This document shows, one piece after another, positions 53,328-64,000 of a stretch of DNA of 64,000 nt. The stretch spans positions 331,700,001-331,764,000 of the forward strand of contig OZ024741.1 of NCBI GenBank assembly GCA_964016885.1. The letters are read 5' to 3'. The notes beneath the pieces are model-generated. The model searched no databases. It was given only the letters and a program-made list of their open reading frames with translations, and was not told the origin of the DNA. The stretch comes from Eledone cirrhosa (taxonomy: Eukaryota). The position numbers and the translations under genes are program-made. Every line of letters starts with the position of its first letter. Position 1 is the stretch's first letter.

Positions 53328-55168
53328 GCGAAGTCTAGTCCGAAGTGCGCATGCGCCAAGTCTGGTCCAAAGTGCGCATGCGCGAAAGCTGGTCCGAAGT
53401 CCGCATGCGCGAAGTCTGGTCGGAAGTGCGCATGCTCGAAGTCTGGTCGGTAGTGCGCATGCTCGAAGTCTGGTCGGTAGTGCGCATGTGCGAAGGCTGG
53501 TCAGTACTGCGCGTGTGCGAAGACTGGTCCGTACTGTGCATGCGCGAAGGCTGGTCCGAAGTGCGCATGCGCGAAATCGGGTCCAAAGTCCACATGCGCG
53601 AAGTCTGGTCGGAAGTGCGCATGCGCGAAGTCTGGTCGGAAATGCGCATGCGCGAAGTCTGATGGGTAGTGCGCCTGTGCGATGGCTGGTCTGAAGTGCG
53701 CATGCGCGAAGTCTGGTCCAAAGTGCGCATGCGCGAAGGCTGGTATGAAGTCTGCATGCGCGAAGACTGGTCGGAAGCGCGCATGCGCGAAGTCTGGTCG
53801 GTAGTGCGCATGTGCGAAGGCTGGTCCGAAGTGCGCATGTGCGAAGGCTGGTCCGTACTGTGCGGGCACGAAAGCTGTTCCATACTGCTCATGCGCGAAA
53901 GTTGGTCCGTACTGCGCATGTGTGAAGGCTGGTCCGTACTGCGCGTGCACGAAGGCTGGTCCATACTGCGCATGTGCGAAGGCTGGTCCGTAAAGCGCAT
54001 GCGCGAAGGCTCGGCCGAAGTGCGCATGCGCGAAGTGTTATTCCGAAGTGCACATGCGCAAAGGTTAGTCCGAAGTGCGCATGCGCGAAGGCTTGTGCTT
54101 AGTGCGCATACGCGAAGGCTGGTCTGAAGTGCGCATAAGAGAAGGCTGGTCCGTACTGCGCATGCGCGATTGCTTGTTCGTATTGCGCATGCTCGAAGGC
54201 TGGTCCAAAGTGTACATGCGCGAAGGCTGGTCCGAAGTGCGCATGCGCGAAGTCTGGTCCAAAGTCCGCATGCGCGAAGTCTGGTCGGAAGTGCGCATGC
54301 GCGAAGTCTGGTGGAAAGTGCGCATGCGCGAAGTTTGATGTGTAGTGCGCATGTGCGATGGCTGGTCCGTACTGCGTGGGCACGAAGGCTGGTCCATACT
54401 GCCCATGCTGAAGGCTGGTCCGTACTGCGCATGTGTGAAGGTTGGTCCGTACTGCGCGTGCACGAAGGCTGGTCCATACTGCGCATGCGCGAAGGCTGGT
54501 CCGTACTGCGCATGCGCGAAGGCTCGGCCGAAGTGTGCATGCGCGAATTGTTAGTCCGAAGTGCACATGCGCAAAGGTTAGTCTGAAGTGCGCATGCGCA
54601 AAGGCTGGTGCTTAGTGCGCATACGCGAAGGCTGGTCTGAAGTGCGCATACGCGAAGGCTGGTCCGTACTGTGCATGCGCGATTGCTTGTTCGTATTGCG
54701 CATGCTCGAAGGCTGGTCCAAAGTGCGCATGCGCAAAGGCTGGTCTGTACTGCGAATGCGCGAAGGCTGGTCCGTACTGCGCATGCGCGAAGGCTGCCCC
54801 GTAGTGCGCATACACAAAGGCTGGTCCGAAGTGCGCATGCACGAAGGCTGGTCCAAAGTGCACATGCGCGAAGGCTAGTCCGAAGTGCGCAAGCGCGAAG
54901 GCTGGTCCGTTTTGTGCATACGTGAAGGCTGGTCCAAAGTGCGCATGCGCGAAGGCTGGTCTGTACTGCGAATGCACGAAGGCTGGTCTGTACTGCGCAT
55001 GCGCGAAGGCTGCCCGTAGTGCGCATACGCAAAGGCTGGTCCGAAGTGCGCATGCACGAAGGCTGGTCCAAAGTGCACATGCGCGAAGGCTAGTCCGAAG
55101 CGCGAAGGCTGGTTCGTTTTGTGCATGCGTGAAGGCTGGTCCGAAGTGCGCATGCGCGAAGGCTAGTC
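53328..55168. repeat. 27-bp GC/CpG-rich minisatellite (about 68 units), consensus GAAGGCTGGTCCGAAGTGCGCATGCGC
   Basis: All reading frames show 9-aa periodicity. Each unit has the palindrome GCGCATGCGC. A 513-bp higher-order duplication is present. Confidence 0.95.
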
Positions 55169-55177
55169 CGTGAAAAG

Positions 55178-55509
55178 TTGCCTTGCCATTTACCTGGAGA
55201 ACAAATGGTGGTGTATAATGCTGGAACAAGGTTGCTAATCTCAAGGATACCACATGTATCTCAAGAGCTTGAGTTCCTTTCACCTTTACTCGCAAGCAAT
55301 TTCCTGTCAAACCAGCCTTTGCCCTTACATGCAACAAGGCACAAGGGCAGACATTTGAAAAGATAGGTGTGTATCTACCAACACAATTCATCTCACATGG
55401 TCAGATGTATGTTGCATTATCACGAGTTACAAAAAAAGAAAATATAAAAATATTAAATGAAAGGGGTCTGTTTGCTGACAACTGTGTCTACGAAGAAATT
55501 CTACAGTGA
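55178..55509 (+). pseudogene. Helitron Rep/PIF1-helicase remnant
   Basis: LPCHLPGEQMVVYN is fused to LISRIP.., then after a frameshift near 55272 to PFTFTRKQFPVKPAFALTCNKAQGQTFEKIGVYLPTQFISHGQMYVALSRV...NCVYEEILQ*. Confidence 0.9.
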
Positions 55510-56484
55510 TGTGAAACAGCTATCACTCTCTTTTAGTTGAAATGCATTTCAGCTTTTTTTAACTGCTAGAAAAGAGACACTACAAAAACTTAAGAAGTCT
55601 ATATGTGAATATAATAAAACAACAATATAGCGAAGGTCAACTCTTCATATTGGTAAATGTAATTCATTCATTCATATCAGCAGCATCTATTTGCAAATTC
55701 ACTGCTTGAAGCTTCCCATCGATATTCTCAAGTAAAGATTCATGAACATTTTCCGTCAAGTTTCATCGCTTTTCCATCTCCATTATCACCTTTTTAAAAA
55801 AAATGTATCATGGATTACTTTACTGATTACAGAAGTGTAACGCAGTCTTTGTTCAGTTTATGTGCATATTGTCAATTTACGTATCATATCTATGTGCATA
55901 TATATTTGCGTATATCAATATACACACTATATATGCTAGCAGAAAACCGCCCGAGGGTCGGTTCTTCTGCTAGTAAACGTAAAAGAGAGAGAGAGGTGAC
56001 AGGGGGAAAGAATATAATAAATGTAATTTTCTAAATCAACCAGGAAGTAGGAATCTATGGGCAGATAACTAAGTAGCTTATAAACAATTACAGCAACAAC
56101 ACCAACACCAGGATCAGAAAGCCATGTCTAAATAGACAAAACAACAAGAGAACAAGGGCCATAACTCTTGATGGAACCTTAGGGACAGCGCTGACAAGGC
56201 GTATCGCAGGCAGTTTTTAATAAACTAGGCAGAACACAACCAATTACTTTTAGAGAAATAAAATAAGTGTGTGTGAAATATGGAGAGAGAGAGAGAATGA
56301 GATATAGTATGTGTGTTTGTGTGTGTGAGAGAGAAAGAGACTGTGTGTGTGTGAAAGAGTAATATAGATAGACAAGACAAAACAATAGAAAGGGTGGTAA
56401 AGAGAGGTTGACAATACTTGAGAGAGAGAGAAGAAAAGAGAGTGTGTGCGGTAAAGAGAGTTGAGCAAGACTAGATAGAAACAA

Positions 56485-56563
<79 letters not shown>

Positions 56564-56644
56564 ATAAAGAGAGATAAACAATATTAGAGAAACAAAATAG
56601 AGAAAAAGAGACAAAAGAGAGAAAGTGAAAGAGAGGTCAGCAAA

Positions 56645-57375
56645 GATATATTTCTTTATTAGCCACAGGGGCACAAAAGAAGGGGACAAATACAAAGGGG
56701 GAAGTTTACATACAATAAAAACGTGTAAAATGTTATCACAGATGGAATTTAAAAGTTAGTCGATTTTCCCCAATAGAGGGAGACAGTTTATATGGGTAAC
56801 ACATACCCCCGAAAAAAAATGTGCAACCCTCATCTCCAGGAGTACGAAGAGCTTGTACTCCTTTCCTCTCCTCCTCCTTTTCCTCAACCTACAGGCTGAT
56901 ATAGAGAGAAGGCCCATTCACTCGGGCCATTCTCGCCACTTTCACCCACCTTTCATAAAACTTGCTGGGGTACAGCACCTCTCTCTCCATCCTGATTCTT
57001 CTTCCAAAGTGGTATTTGAAAAAAAGAATCAGTTGTTGGCCGGAGAGAAAGGTGTCTGACCTCAGCCCTTTCAACCTTGTCCACCATACAACCTCTTTCG
57101 CCATAGCTATCACACAAAGGAAAACCGCCTCTCCTTCGTTTTTGAAGGAGGGTGGCGGTTTGATCATGACAATGGACTCGGTGGTCAACTGGATTGGTCC
57201 CACCCGCGACAATAGTCGTTCTACATAGCCCCACAGGTCAGTGACGCCCGGGCAGTGTATGAATGCGTGCGCGACGGTTTCTTCGTCTCGCACGCACCTC
57301 GGACAGATCTTTTTTGCAGGGTCCCTGCCCGGGCGCCCATGTCTGTAGAGCTTGTCTCGAACTGGTAGAGCTCCT
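56645..57375 (-). mobile_element. Tx1/L1-type LINE 3' fragment (zf-RVT region plus 3' UTR)
   Basis: GALPVRDKLYRH...CPRC...ETVAHAFIHCP...LW. The 3' end GTGGCTAATAAAGAAATAT abuts (GA)n. Confidence 0.8.
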
Positions 57376-57399
57376 AGCAAAGATAGATAGATAGATAGA

Positions 57400-58130
57400 T
57401 TTCTTTATTTGCCACAAGGGCGCACAAGAAAAGGGGACAATACAAAGACATGCCGGGGATTTTACATACAGTCGTGGTAAAAATATAAAACAAACAATTA
57501 TAACAATCGAATAGGGGGGAGGCGCCACAAATGGGTTGTTTAATACCCCGTCGATAGAACAACCCTCAACTTCAGGAGCGTGTTGTGCAAGTTCTCCCTT
57601 CTTCATTTTGCTCTCTTCTTTAACCTACAGGCTTATAAAAGGCCCAATCACTTGGGCCATTTTTGCCACATTCACCCACCTTTCAGTAAATTTACTGGGG
57701 TGCAGTGCCTCTCTCTCCATTCTAATTCTCCTTCTAAAGTGGTATCTAAAGAAAGGAATGAGTTGTTGTCCAGAGAGAAAGGCATCTGTCCTTAGTCCTC
57801 TCAATCTCGTCCACCATATAACTTCTTTCACCATAGCCACCGTACAGAGGAAAACCGCCTCTCTTTCGTTTTTTGAAAGAAGTTGGCGGTTTGATCCTTA
57901 CTATGGACTCGGCAGTCAACTGGATTTGTCCCATACGCGACAGCAGTTGTTCCGCGTAGTTCCACAGGTCGGTTACGCCCGGGCAGTGTACAATTGCATG
58001 CAGGATGGTTTCAATGTCCTGCGCGCATCTTGGACACGTCCTCTTGGGAGGATCCCTGCCGGGGCGTTCGTGCCTGTAGATCTTGTCACGAACGGGTAGA
58101 GCTCCCCGGTAGCACTGCCAGGCCAGGACA
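57400..58130 (-). mobile_element. Second, diverged Tx1/L1-type LINE 3' fragment in tandem
   Basis: LAWQCYRGALPVRDKIYRH...CPRC...ETILHAIVHCP. The 3' end GTGGCAAATAAAGAAAT is followed by (CTAT)n. Confidence 0.8.
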
Positions 58131-58779
58131 AACACACAAGATAGCGTGAAGAAATATGTAAAAATCAACCAAGCAATCGATACACGTTAATGTTTATGTG
58201 ACAGTTTTTTTTTTTTTTAGCTTATATCTCACCTCATTTCTACCAGAGAAACTAGAGAAGTGAAAGTTAGTGATTTCTGATGTATTATTTATTCAATCAA
58301 TTTAAACGTCTGTATAGACCCAGTAAGCTATGACGGAATAAGGGAACTATCTAGCACTTCTTACAGTTGAGAAACTACCCCCCCCCCCAAAAAAAAACCA
58401 TATACAAAGATAAGTGAATATATAAAAAAATATATATATATAAATAGGGAAGACCAACTGGGGCAAATTATGCATAAAAAAGATTTAAAAAAAATGGGAA
58501 GCAAGGGAAATTATAAAGCAGCTAGAAGGTTCTGTTGTTGAATCTTTTCATAATCTCCGTGTACTCAAAGATTTTGTTTACAGTTGATAGATCTTTTACA
58601 ATATATCGTATCTCCAATCTTGGAATATTTTTAATGATCGGCTTCAAAATGTCCTCTCTCTCAAATCGAACGGAAATTTCCCTTGTGTGAAATCCTAGAA
58701 TCCCAAATACCGTATAGGTAGCAAAATCCCAACTGATCTCTAAACGAATTAAAACAAAAACAATGAATTTTTTTGTTGC

Positions 58780-59290
58780 AGAAAGAGTTACTTCCCTTAT
58801 ATCGCGCGTGTACGAGCGTATGTATCTATTTTTCTCTCTCTCTCTAAAATTGTAAAATAGATGGCAATTTTACACCAAACAGGCGGTGCATTGCAAGTAA
58901 TCGGCAGAGCGTCGAACAACATGCTTTGCGGCATATAATTACGGCACTTCAACGTTCTGAGTTCAAATCCCGCTCAGGTTAGGTTAGCCTTTCATCCTAA
59001 CTGGGTCGTAAAATAAAGTACCATTAACGCACTGGAGACAATTTAATCGACTTCCCCCTCTCCCAAAGCTGTTGACCTTGTGCCTAAATCAGAAACCAGT
59101 ATTATACGAAACATATTCAGCCAATTATTTTCTCTACTTTAACCCTTTCGTGGCCATATTTCAAATGAAACACATTCTATTTTAGTTCGTCAATGAAGAA
59201 TTTTGAAGCATTTACTAAAAATATATTTCCTTACTAAGACAATAACTTAATGTTTTGGAGATTTTAATTTAACTTTTAGCATCCTGTAAT
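58780..59290 (+). repeat. About 500-bp local duplication (partner at about 61325-61825) including a SINE
   Basis: CCCTTAT...CGCGCG...TCTCTCTAAAAT...TACACCAAA-SINE-CCCTTTCGTG..CATATTTC.AATGAAACAC appears in both places. Confidence 0.8.
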
Positions 59291-59464
59291 AATTTGCAGC
59301 ATTGTTGAGGGAAAAGTATGAGAGCCTCAACAAGTTTTGATATCGAAATAATAAAGGATAAGAAATAGTGAAATATTAGTTGGTGACTGGAAGAGGTTAG
59401 AGAGCAGTAAAGACAAAGAAGAAGGGAGACATAGAGATGGAATATATTGGATATCTTTGTTGGT

Positions 59465-59800
59465 GATATCTACATGTAAGAAGGGACGTTTACATGTAAG
59501 AAGGGATATCCACATGTTAGAAATGATATTTACATGTAAGAAGTGATATCCACATGTAAGAAGGGATATCCACATATAAGAAGGGATATCCACATGTAAG
59601 AAGTGATATCCACATGTAAGAAGGGATATCCACATGTAAGAAGGGATATCCACATGTAAGAAGTGATATCCACATGTAAGAAGGGATGTCTACATGTAAG
59701 AAGTGATATCCACATGTAAGAAGTGATATCCACATGTAAGAAGGGATATATACATGTCAGAAGGGATATCTATATGTAAGAAGGGATGTCCACATGTAGG
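59465..59800. repeat. 20/21-bp minisatellite GATATCCACATGTAAGAAG(T/GG)
   Basis: About 16 tandem units. Confidence 0.92.
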
Positions 59801-60983
59801 AATATGTAACTGAAGAACAGAATCCAGTGCTGTTGGTACACAAAGGGTAGAAATGCTCAGAAAATTTAGCATAGTTCAAGTTTGAGTTCATTTTATTTTT
59901 CATTTGGTGTATTTTTGGCACAAGGTCAGTACCATGTTAACCGTGTTAGTACCGGGTCAGTTCCATGATCTGTGGTATTACAAACCTCACAACAATATAC
60001 AGTGGGTATTTAATTTATTGAAATTAATTTAATCCAAGGTCTTCTCGCTCCTGTTGACCTCCACCACTTTCTCTTTGTTTGGTTTGGGTCATTTCAGGGG
60101 TGTAGTCATACTCACCACACCCTCCCCAACTGTGGTTATTTAACCCACAGTTGGGGGTGGAGTTCATCCACTCCTTTCAACAGCTCTTGTTTTTGTGCTG
60201 CTGGAGCCTCTTCTGTATTGCAGGGTCTGGTGGGGGAGCCAGTTTAGTACTACCACTAGACCATGAAGTAGGTTGCACTGGGTAACATAGTACTAGTAGC
60301 AGGCAGAGCCCTGACCTGACCAGTATTGAAACAGGAGGGATAAAAAATAGAGTCAATCTTTGGTGAGATTTGAACTAGGACCGTAAAGAAACATAACTTG
60401 TTTACAAGGCATATAGTTATCAACATAGCACTCTAAACTGGTAATATAAAACTAATATAAAATATCGATTTCTAACTTTGGTACAGAGGGCCACACTTTA
60501 GGAAATAGAGGTACAATTGATTAAATTTGATTATACAAATAAAAACATCTGCAGTTTTAAATATTGTAAGTTTTTTTTCTTTGTTTTTTTTTACCAAGAA
60601 AATATAAATAAGCAATAAGTTCCCAACCTTTTGTTTTAGTTTCTAAGATTTTTTAAATTCAATATACGAAATCTCACAATATTACGACAGGCCATTGGCA
60701 TTATATAAAAATAATTGAGCAGTATCTAATAAAAACAAAAGGCATTATCATTGTTTTATCCAAAAGTTCCGAACTTGAAAGATATTTCTTAATTCAATAT
60801 ACAAAATATCACAAGGTCATGAAAGGCCATTGATATTATATAAAAATAATTAATTGATTAGTATCTCATAAAATCAAAAGAGACTATAAAATTAGAACGA
60901 AAATTTCCCTGATGTCCTAATAAGAAATTCTAATGTAATGATATATGAATGTAAATGTCTCTTTTAAAATTAACTACTTAGAC

Positions 60984-61282
60984 GAGTGGTTCTTAAACTT
61001 TTTCTATCACGGCACCCCTTGAGATTTTGAAATTCCACCCCACACCATTAGGTCTAGCACATAAGATTAAAGAACTTGAAGTTTGAAGTTAAATTATCAG
61101 CTACTTAGCTGTTACTATTTAATTAAATAACTACTATGTTGAAACAAATAGAAAGCTATGAAACACTGAGTGATGAGAAGTAAAACGAAAAAGAACTTGT
61201 TTTTCTGGACCTCTCCTCGCATCCCCAAGAACTGAATCTCGCGCCGTTTGAGGTTACTTGCACCTCAGGTTAAGAACCACTG
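60984..61282. mobile_element. hAT (Charlie/MER5-like) MITE
   Basis: TIRs (g)AGTGGTTCTTAA...TTAAGAACCACTG with 8-bp TSD ACTTAGAC/TCTTAGAC. Confidence 0.8.
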
Positions 61283-61844
61283 TCTTAGACCAACAATTTT
61301 GGTTGTTCTTAGTTGTAGATCTTTTCAAAGAGTAGTTATCTTTCTTCCATCTTGCATTTTGCTGAAGAAATAGACTCAGAAGGGTTATTTCCCTTATAAT
61401 CACGCGCGCTCGGACGTGTGTATCTTTTTCTTTCTCTCTCTCTAAAATAAATTGCAGTATTACACCAAATGGGCGGTGGATCGTCAGTAATCGGCAGAGC
61501 GTTGGACAACATGCTTTGCAGCATATAGCTACGGCACTTCAACGTTCTGAGTTCAAATCCCATTGAGGTTAGCTTTCCCTTTCCCTCTAACGGGGTTGAT
61601 AAAATAAAGTAGAGTAACGCACTGTTGTTAATTTAATAGACATTTCCTCTTGTTGGCCTTGTGCCTAAATCAGAAACCCTTTCGTGATCATATTTCTAAT
61701 GAAACACACTCTATTTTAATTTGTTAATGAAGAATTTTGAAGGATTTACTAAAAATTTATTTTTCCTTACTAAGACAGTAACAATGTTTCGAAGATTTTA
61801 ATTTAACACTCAACATCCTGAAATGATTTTGCAGAAAATATCTA

Positions 61845-62270
61845 AAAATGGGTTTGTTAATTCATATGTTTATAGTATCTTTACTATCAGACAGATTGTC
61901 ATAAAATGTGCAGTATTATAGTAAAGACTTTAATTTTTAATGTGATGTAGAGTGCTGTTTTGTTACTTTCTGAGAATTCTTGCTAATGTGGTTTGTTAAT
62001 TTAAATGTTTATTGTATCTTTACTGGTAGACAGCTTATTGTAAACATTTGCAGTATTAGAGTAAAGACTTCAATTTTTAATATGATTCAGCCATAGTGAG
62101 TGAGTGCTCTAGTGTACGTTTTAAGAATGTCTTGCTAATATGGTTTGTTAATTCAAACATTTATAGTGTCTTTACTTTGCAGAATTATAGTAAATACTTC
62201 AGTCTTTGATGTGATGCAGTCATAGTGCCTTTTTGTTACTTTCTGAGAATACTTTGCTAATGTGGTTTCG
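61845..62270. repeat. Tandem repeat of about 135 bp (3 copies; another copy at about 15935-16040)
   Basis: GGTTTGTTAATTCA.ATGTTTATAG..TCTTTACT...GTAAAGACTTCAATTT recurs. Confidence 0.75.
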
Positions 62271-62274
62271 TGTG

Positions 62275-62550
62275 GTTCAGGACGTTAAGTATTAAATAGA
62301 AACTCTACCTGGTTTTCATTGGCCTTGCACTACAGCAGCTTCCTTCCACTGTGATTTCTTGACACTTCTTCACCCAGCTATCACCATCCACGCCAATGCT
62401 GTTTTTTCTCTTGCACACTGCTTCTTATAACTCAGTTCATCCAAACTCTGCTGTTCTTTTACATTAATATTGCACATCCATCGAGGCATGCTTGCTTCAT
62501 TTCTCTCCAACCTGTGCATAACCTCTGCAGTCACTGCCTATGTCTCAGCG
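62275..62550 (-). mobile_element. Old RTE LINE fragment
   Basis: The minus strand encodes RLERNEASMPRWMCNIN-like sequence related to 44067-44429. Confidence 0.7.
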
Positions 62551-62929
62551 ATAAATTTTGATTGCGTTTTTATTTATTATTATTTTTGTTTGTTTACTAG
62601 ATAGATATTCATATAATTATTTACAAGAGAGAAAAAAGAGAAAAAGAAAAAACGAAAGAGGAGAAAGAAAATTAAATTTAAAAAGTTTTCAGGAATATCT
62701 TAATAATTGTTTCTACTTTTGGCACAAGGCCGGCAATTATCCCAGTGCATTACTGGTACTTTATTTTATCGACCAGTAAGGGTGAAAGGCAAAGTTAACC
62801 TCAGCGGGATTTGAATTCAGAACATATGGAATGTCTTAATAATGTAGTTTCATGTGGTACAGGATTTTAAAAGTTAAATTAAATATATAATGAAGGCATG
62901 AGTGAATTAAGATACAGTAGTGATTGTAA

Positions 62930-63144
62930 GTTTAGAAAATAGAATTAGAAGCTTTCACTGTAAATTTACTACAGAAAATATTCTAATATTAGTGCATATG
63001 AACCTCAATAATGGGAAAAAATGGGCATAAATATGCATGGGTTCCCATGCATAGTAATGCTCATTTTTTCTGTTATGGGGGGTTTATATACCCTAATATT
63101 AGAATATTTTCTGTAAGGTGAAAGCTTCTAATTCTATTTTAAAC
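62930..63144. mobile_element. Imperfect palindromic element related to 1786-1977
   Basis: AAAATAGAATTAGAAGCTTTCAC...GTGAAAGCTTCTAATTCTATTTT with centre ATGCATGGG TT CCCATGCAT. Confidence 0.75.
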
Positions 63145-64000
63145 ATATACTAATTTCCTGTGAACAATAAATAAATCACCAAACATCCCTGCTATGTAGC
63201 ATATATCCAAAGCTGAGGAGAGGATCGTATAGGGTTATGACTTGACTCGTGATTTGATGTAGATCAGTGTGGACTGTGTAGTAGAAAATGCAGGCTTAGT
63301 AAAGTCACAGCAAAAAGTGTAAAAACCTAGGTTTGTTAGAGTGTCAAACTGTAGAAATTATTTTATTTGGAAGTGACTAGGGAGTATAACTGTAAGAAGC
63401 GGATGCACATTGTTGTTAAGTACCCAGACGTCAGTCCCACAGACATCTCATTAACTAGTGTATCATTTTGTTTAGGACCCTAAAAGTGTGATTTAAAGGG
63501 GATTACATTTTGTCTCGAAACTCCCTGGCTGGCTGAAAATGTCATCAGACAACAGTAATGAAGTTCATAGGCTGACCAAGATACTCTCATAGAATTACCA
63601 GATGAAGTTTATTTTTCAATTTAATCCCTGGATAGAAACAATGCAGTTATTAATAAGAAAAGTTGAAATTAATGAATGCAAAATTTCACTCAGCCTATGA
63701 ACTTTTCAGCCGTCCCTCGTCGTTCGGTATGGATCTGTACCAAATGGCGCTGTAGTTGCATACGGCATGTCTTGGCCATTGTAAAACCTGATGGAACCCA
63801 TCTCCTCTCTAGCTCTAAACACAACAAATTTCTCCTAGAAAAGGAGAAAGAGAGAAATGAAGTGAGAAAATGATATAGAATCGCCCCCCGCCTCAGTATT
63901 GGGCTGTTACTTCTGTTTTTACCAACCTCAAAAGGATGAAAGGTAAATTTGATATCGTTGAGATTTTGAACTCGGAGCGCAGAGAGTCGAATGCCGCAAA

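Larger units (their letters stand above)
51898..55973 (+). mobile_element. Internally deleted Helitron carrying a nested copy and a minisatellite
   Basis: 5' end A|TCTAAACTTTAATAAAG, a helicase remnant at 55178-55509, and a 3' hairpin CTAGCAGAAAACCG...CGGTTCTTCTGCTAG|T. Confidence 0.7.

Noticed and set aside
53335-55080. 581-aa ORF and overlapping ORFs
   Set aside because: They are a by-product of a stop-poor 27-bp minisatellite that is open in several frames on both strands.
59465-59800. CRISPR-like regular repeats (also 9535-9950)
   Set aside because: The units are head-to-tail with no unique spacers, there are no cas genes, and the context is eukaryotic.
63500-63552. Minus-strand CTGATGA followed by a hairpin
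   Set aside because: There is no GAAA core after the stem.

Overview
This is AT-rich, microsatellite-saturated eukaryotic DNA. The protocadherin type and SINE families point to an octopod cephalopod genome (inference). I can support one host gene: a large protocadherin exon (+, about 19450-21910) encoding a signal peptide, six cadherin repeats, a TM helix and the start of the cytoplasmic tail. The rest is mostly (TA)n/(CA)n/(GA)n tracts and decayed mobile DNA: RTE, Tx1-like and CRE-like LINE fragments, tRNA-derived SINEs, hAT/Tigger/mariner/piggyBac-type MITEs, Helitrons and a Naiad-type Penelope-like retroelement. The strongest signal the ORF track does not explain is a dense set of short inserts in (TA)n tracts carrying minimal type-I hammerhead ribozyme motifs. 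Five have intact catalytic cores and about ten are degenerate. Many are frozen as near-perfect palindromes or long inverted repeats. Other notable signals: an in-frame TGA at a conserved Cys position of the Naiad ORF (possible selenocysteine), a duplicated AG|GTAAGT site 127 nt into the protocadherin intron (possible recursive splice site), and a Helitron carrying about 68 copies of a CpG-rich 27-bp NRF1/ETS-like motif. Nearly all other ORFs in the track are microsatellite artefacts. All coordinates were read by eye, and no folding or database search was run.
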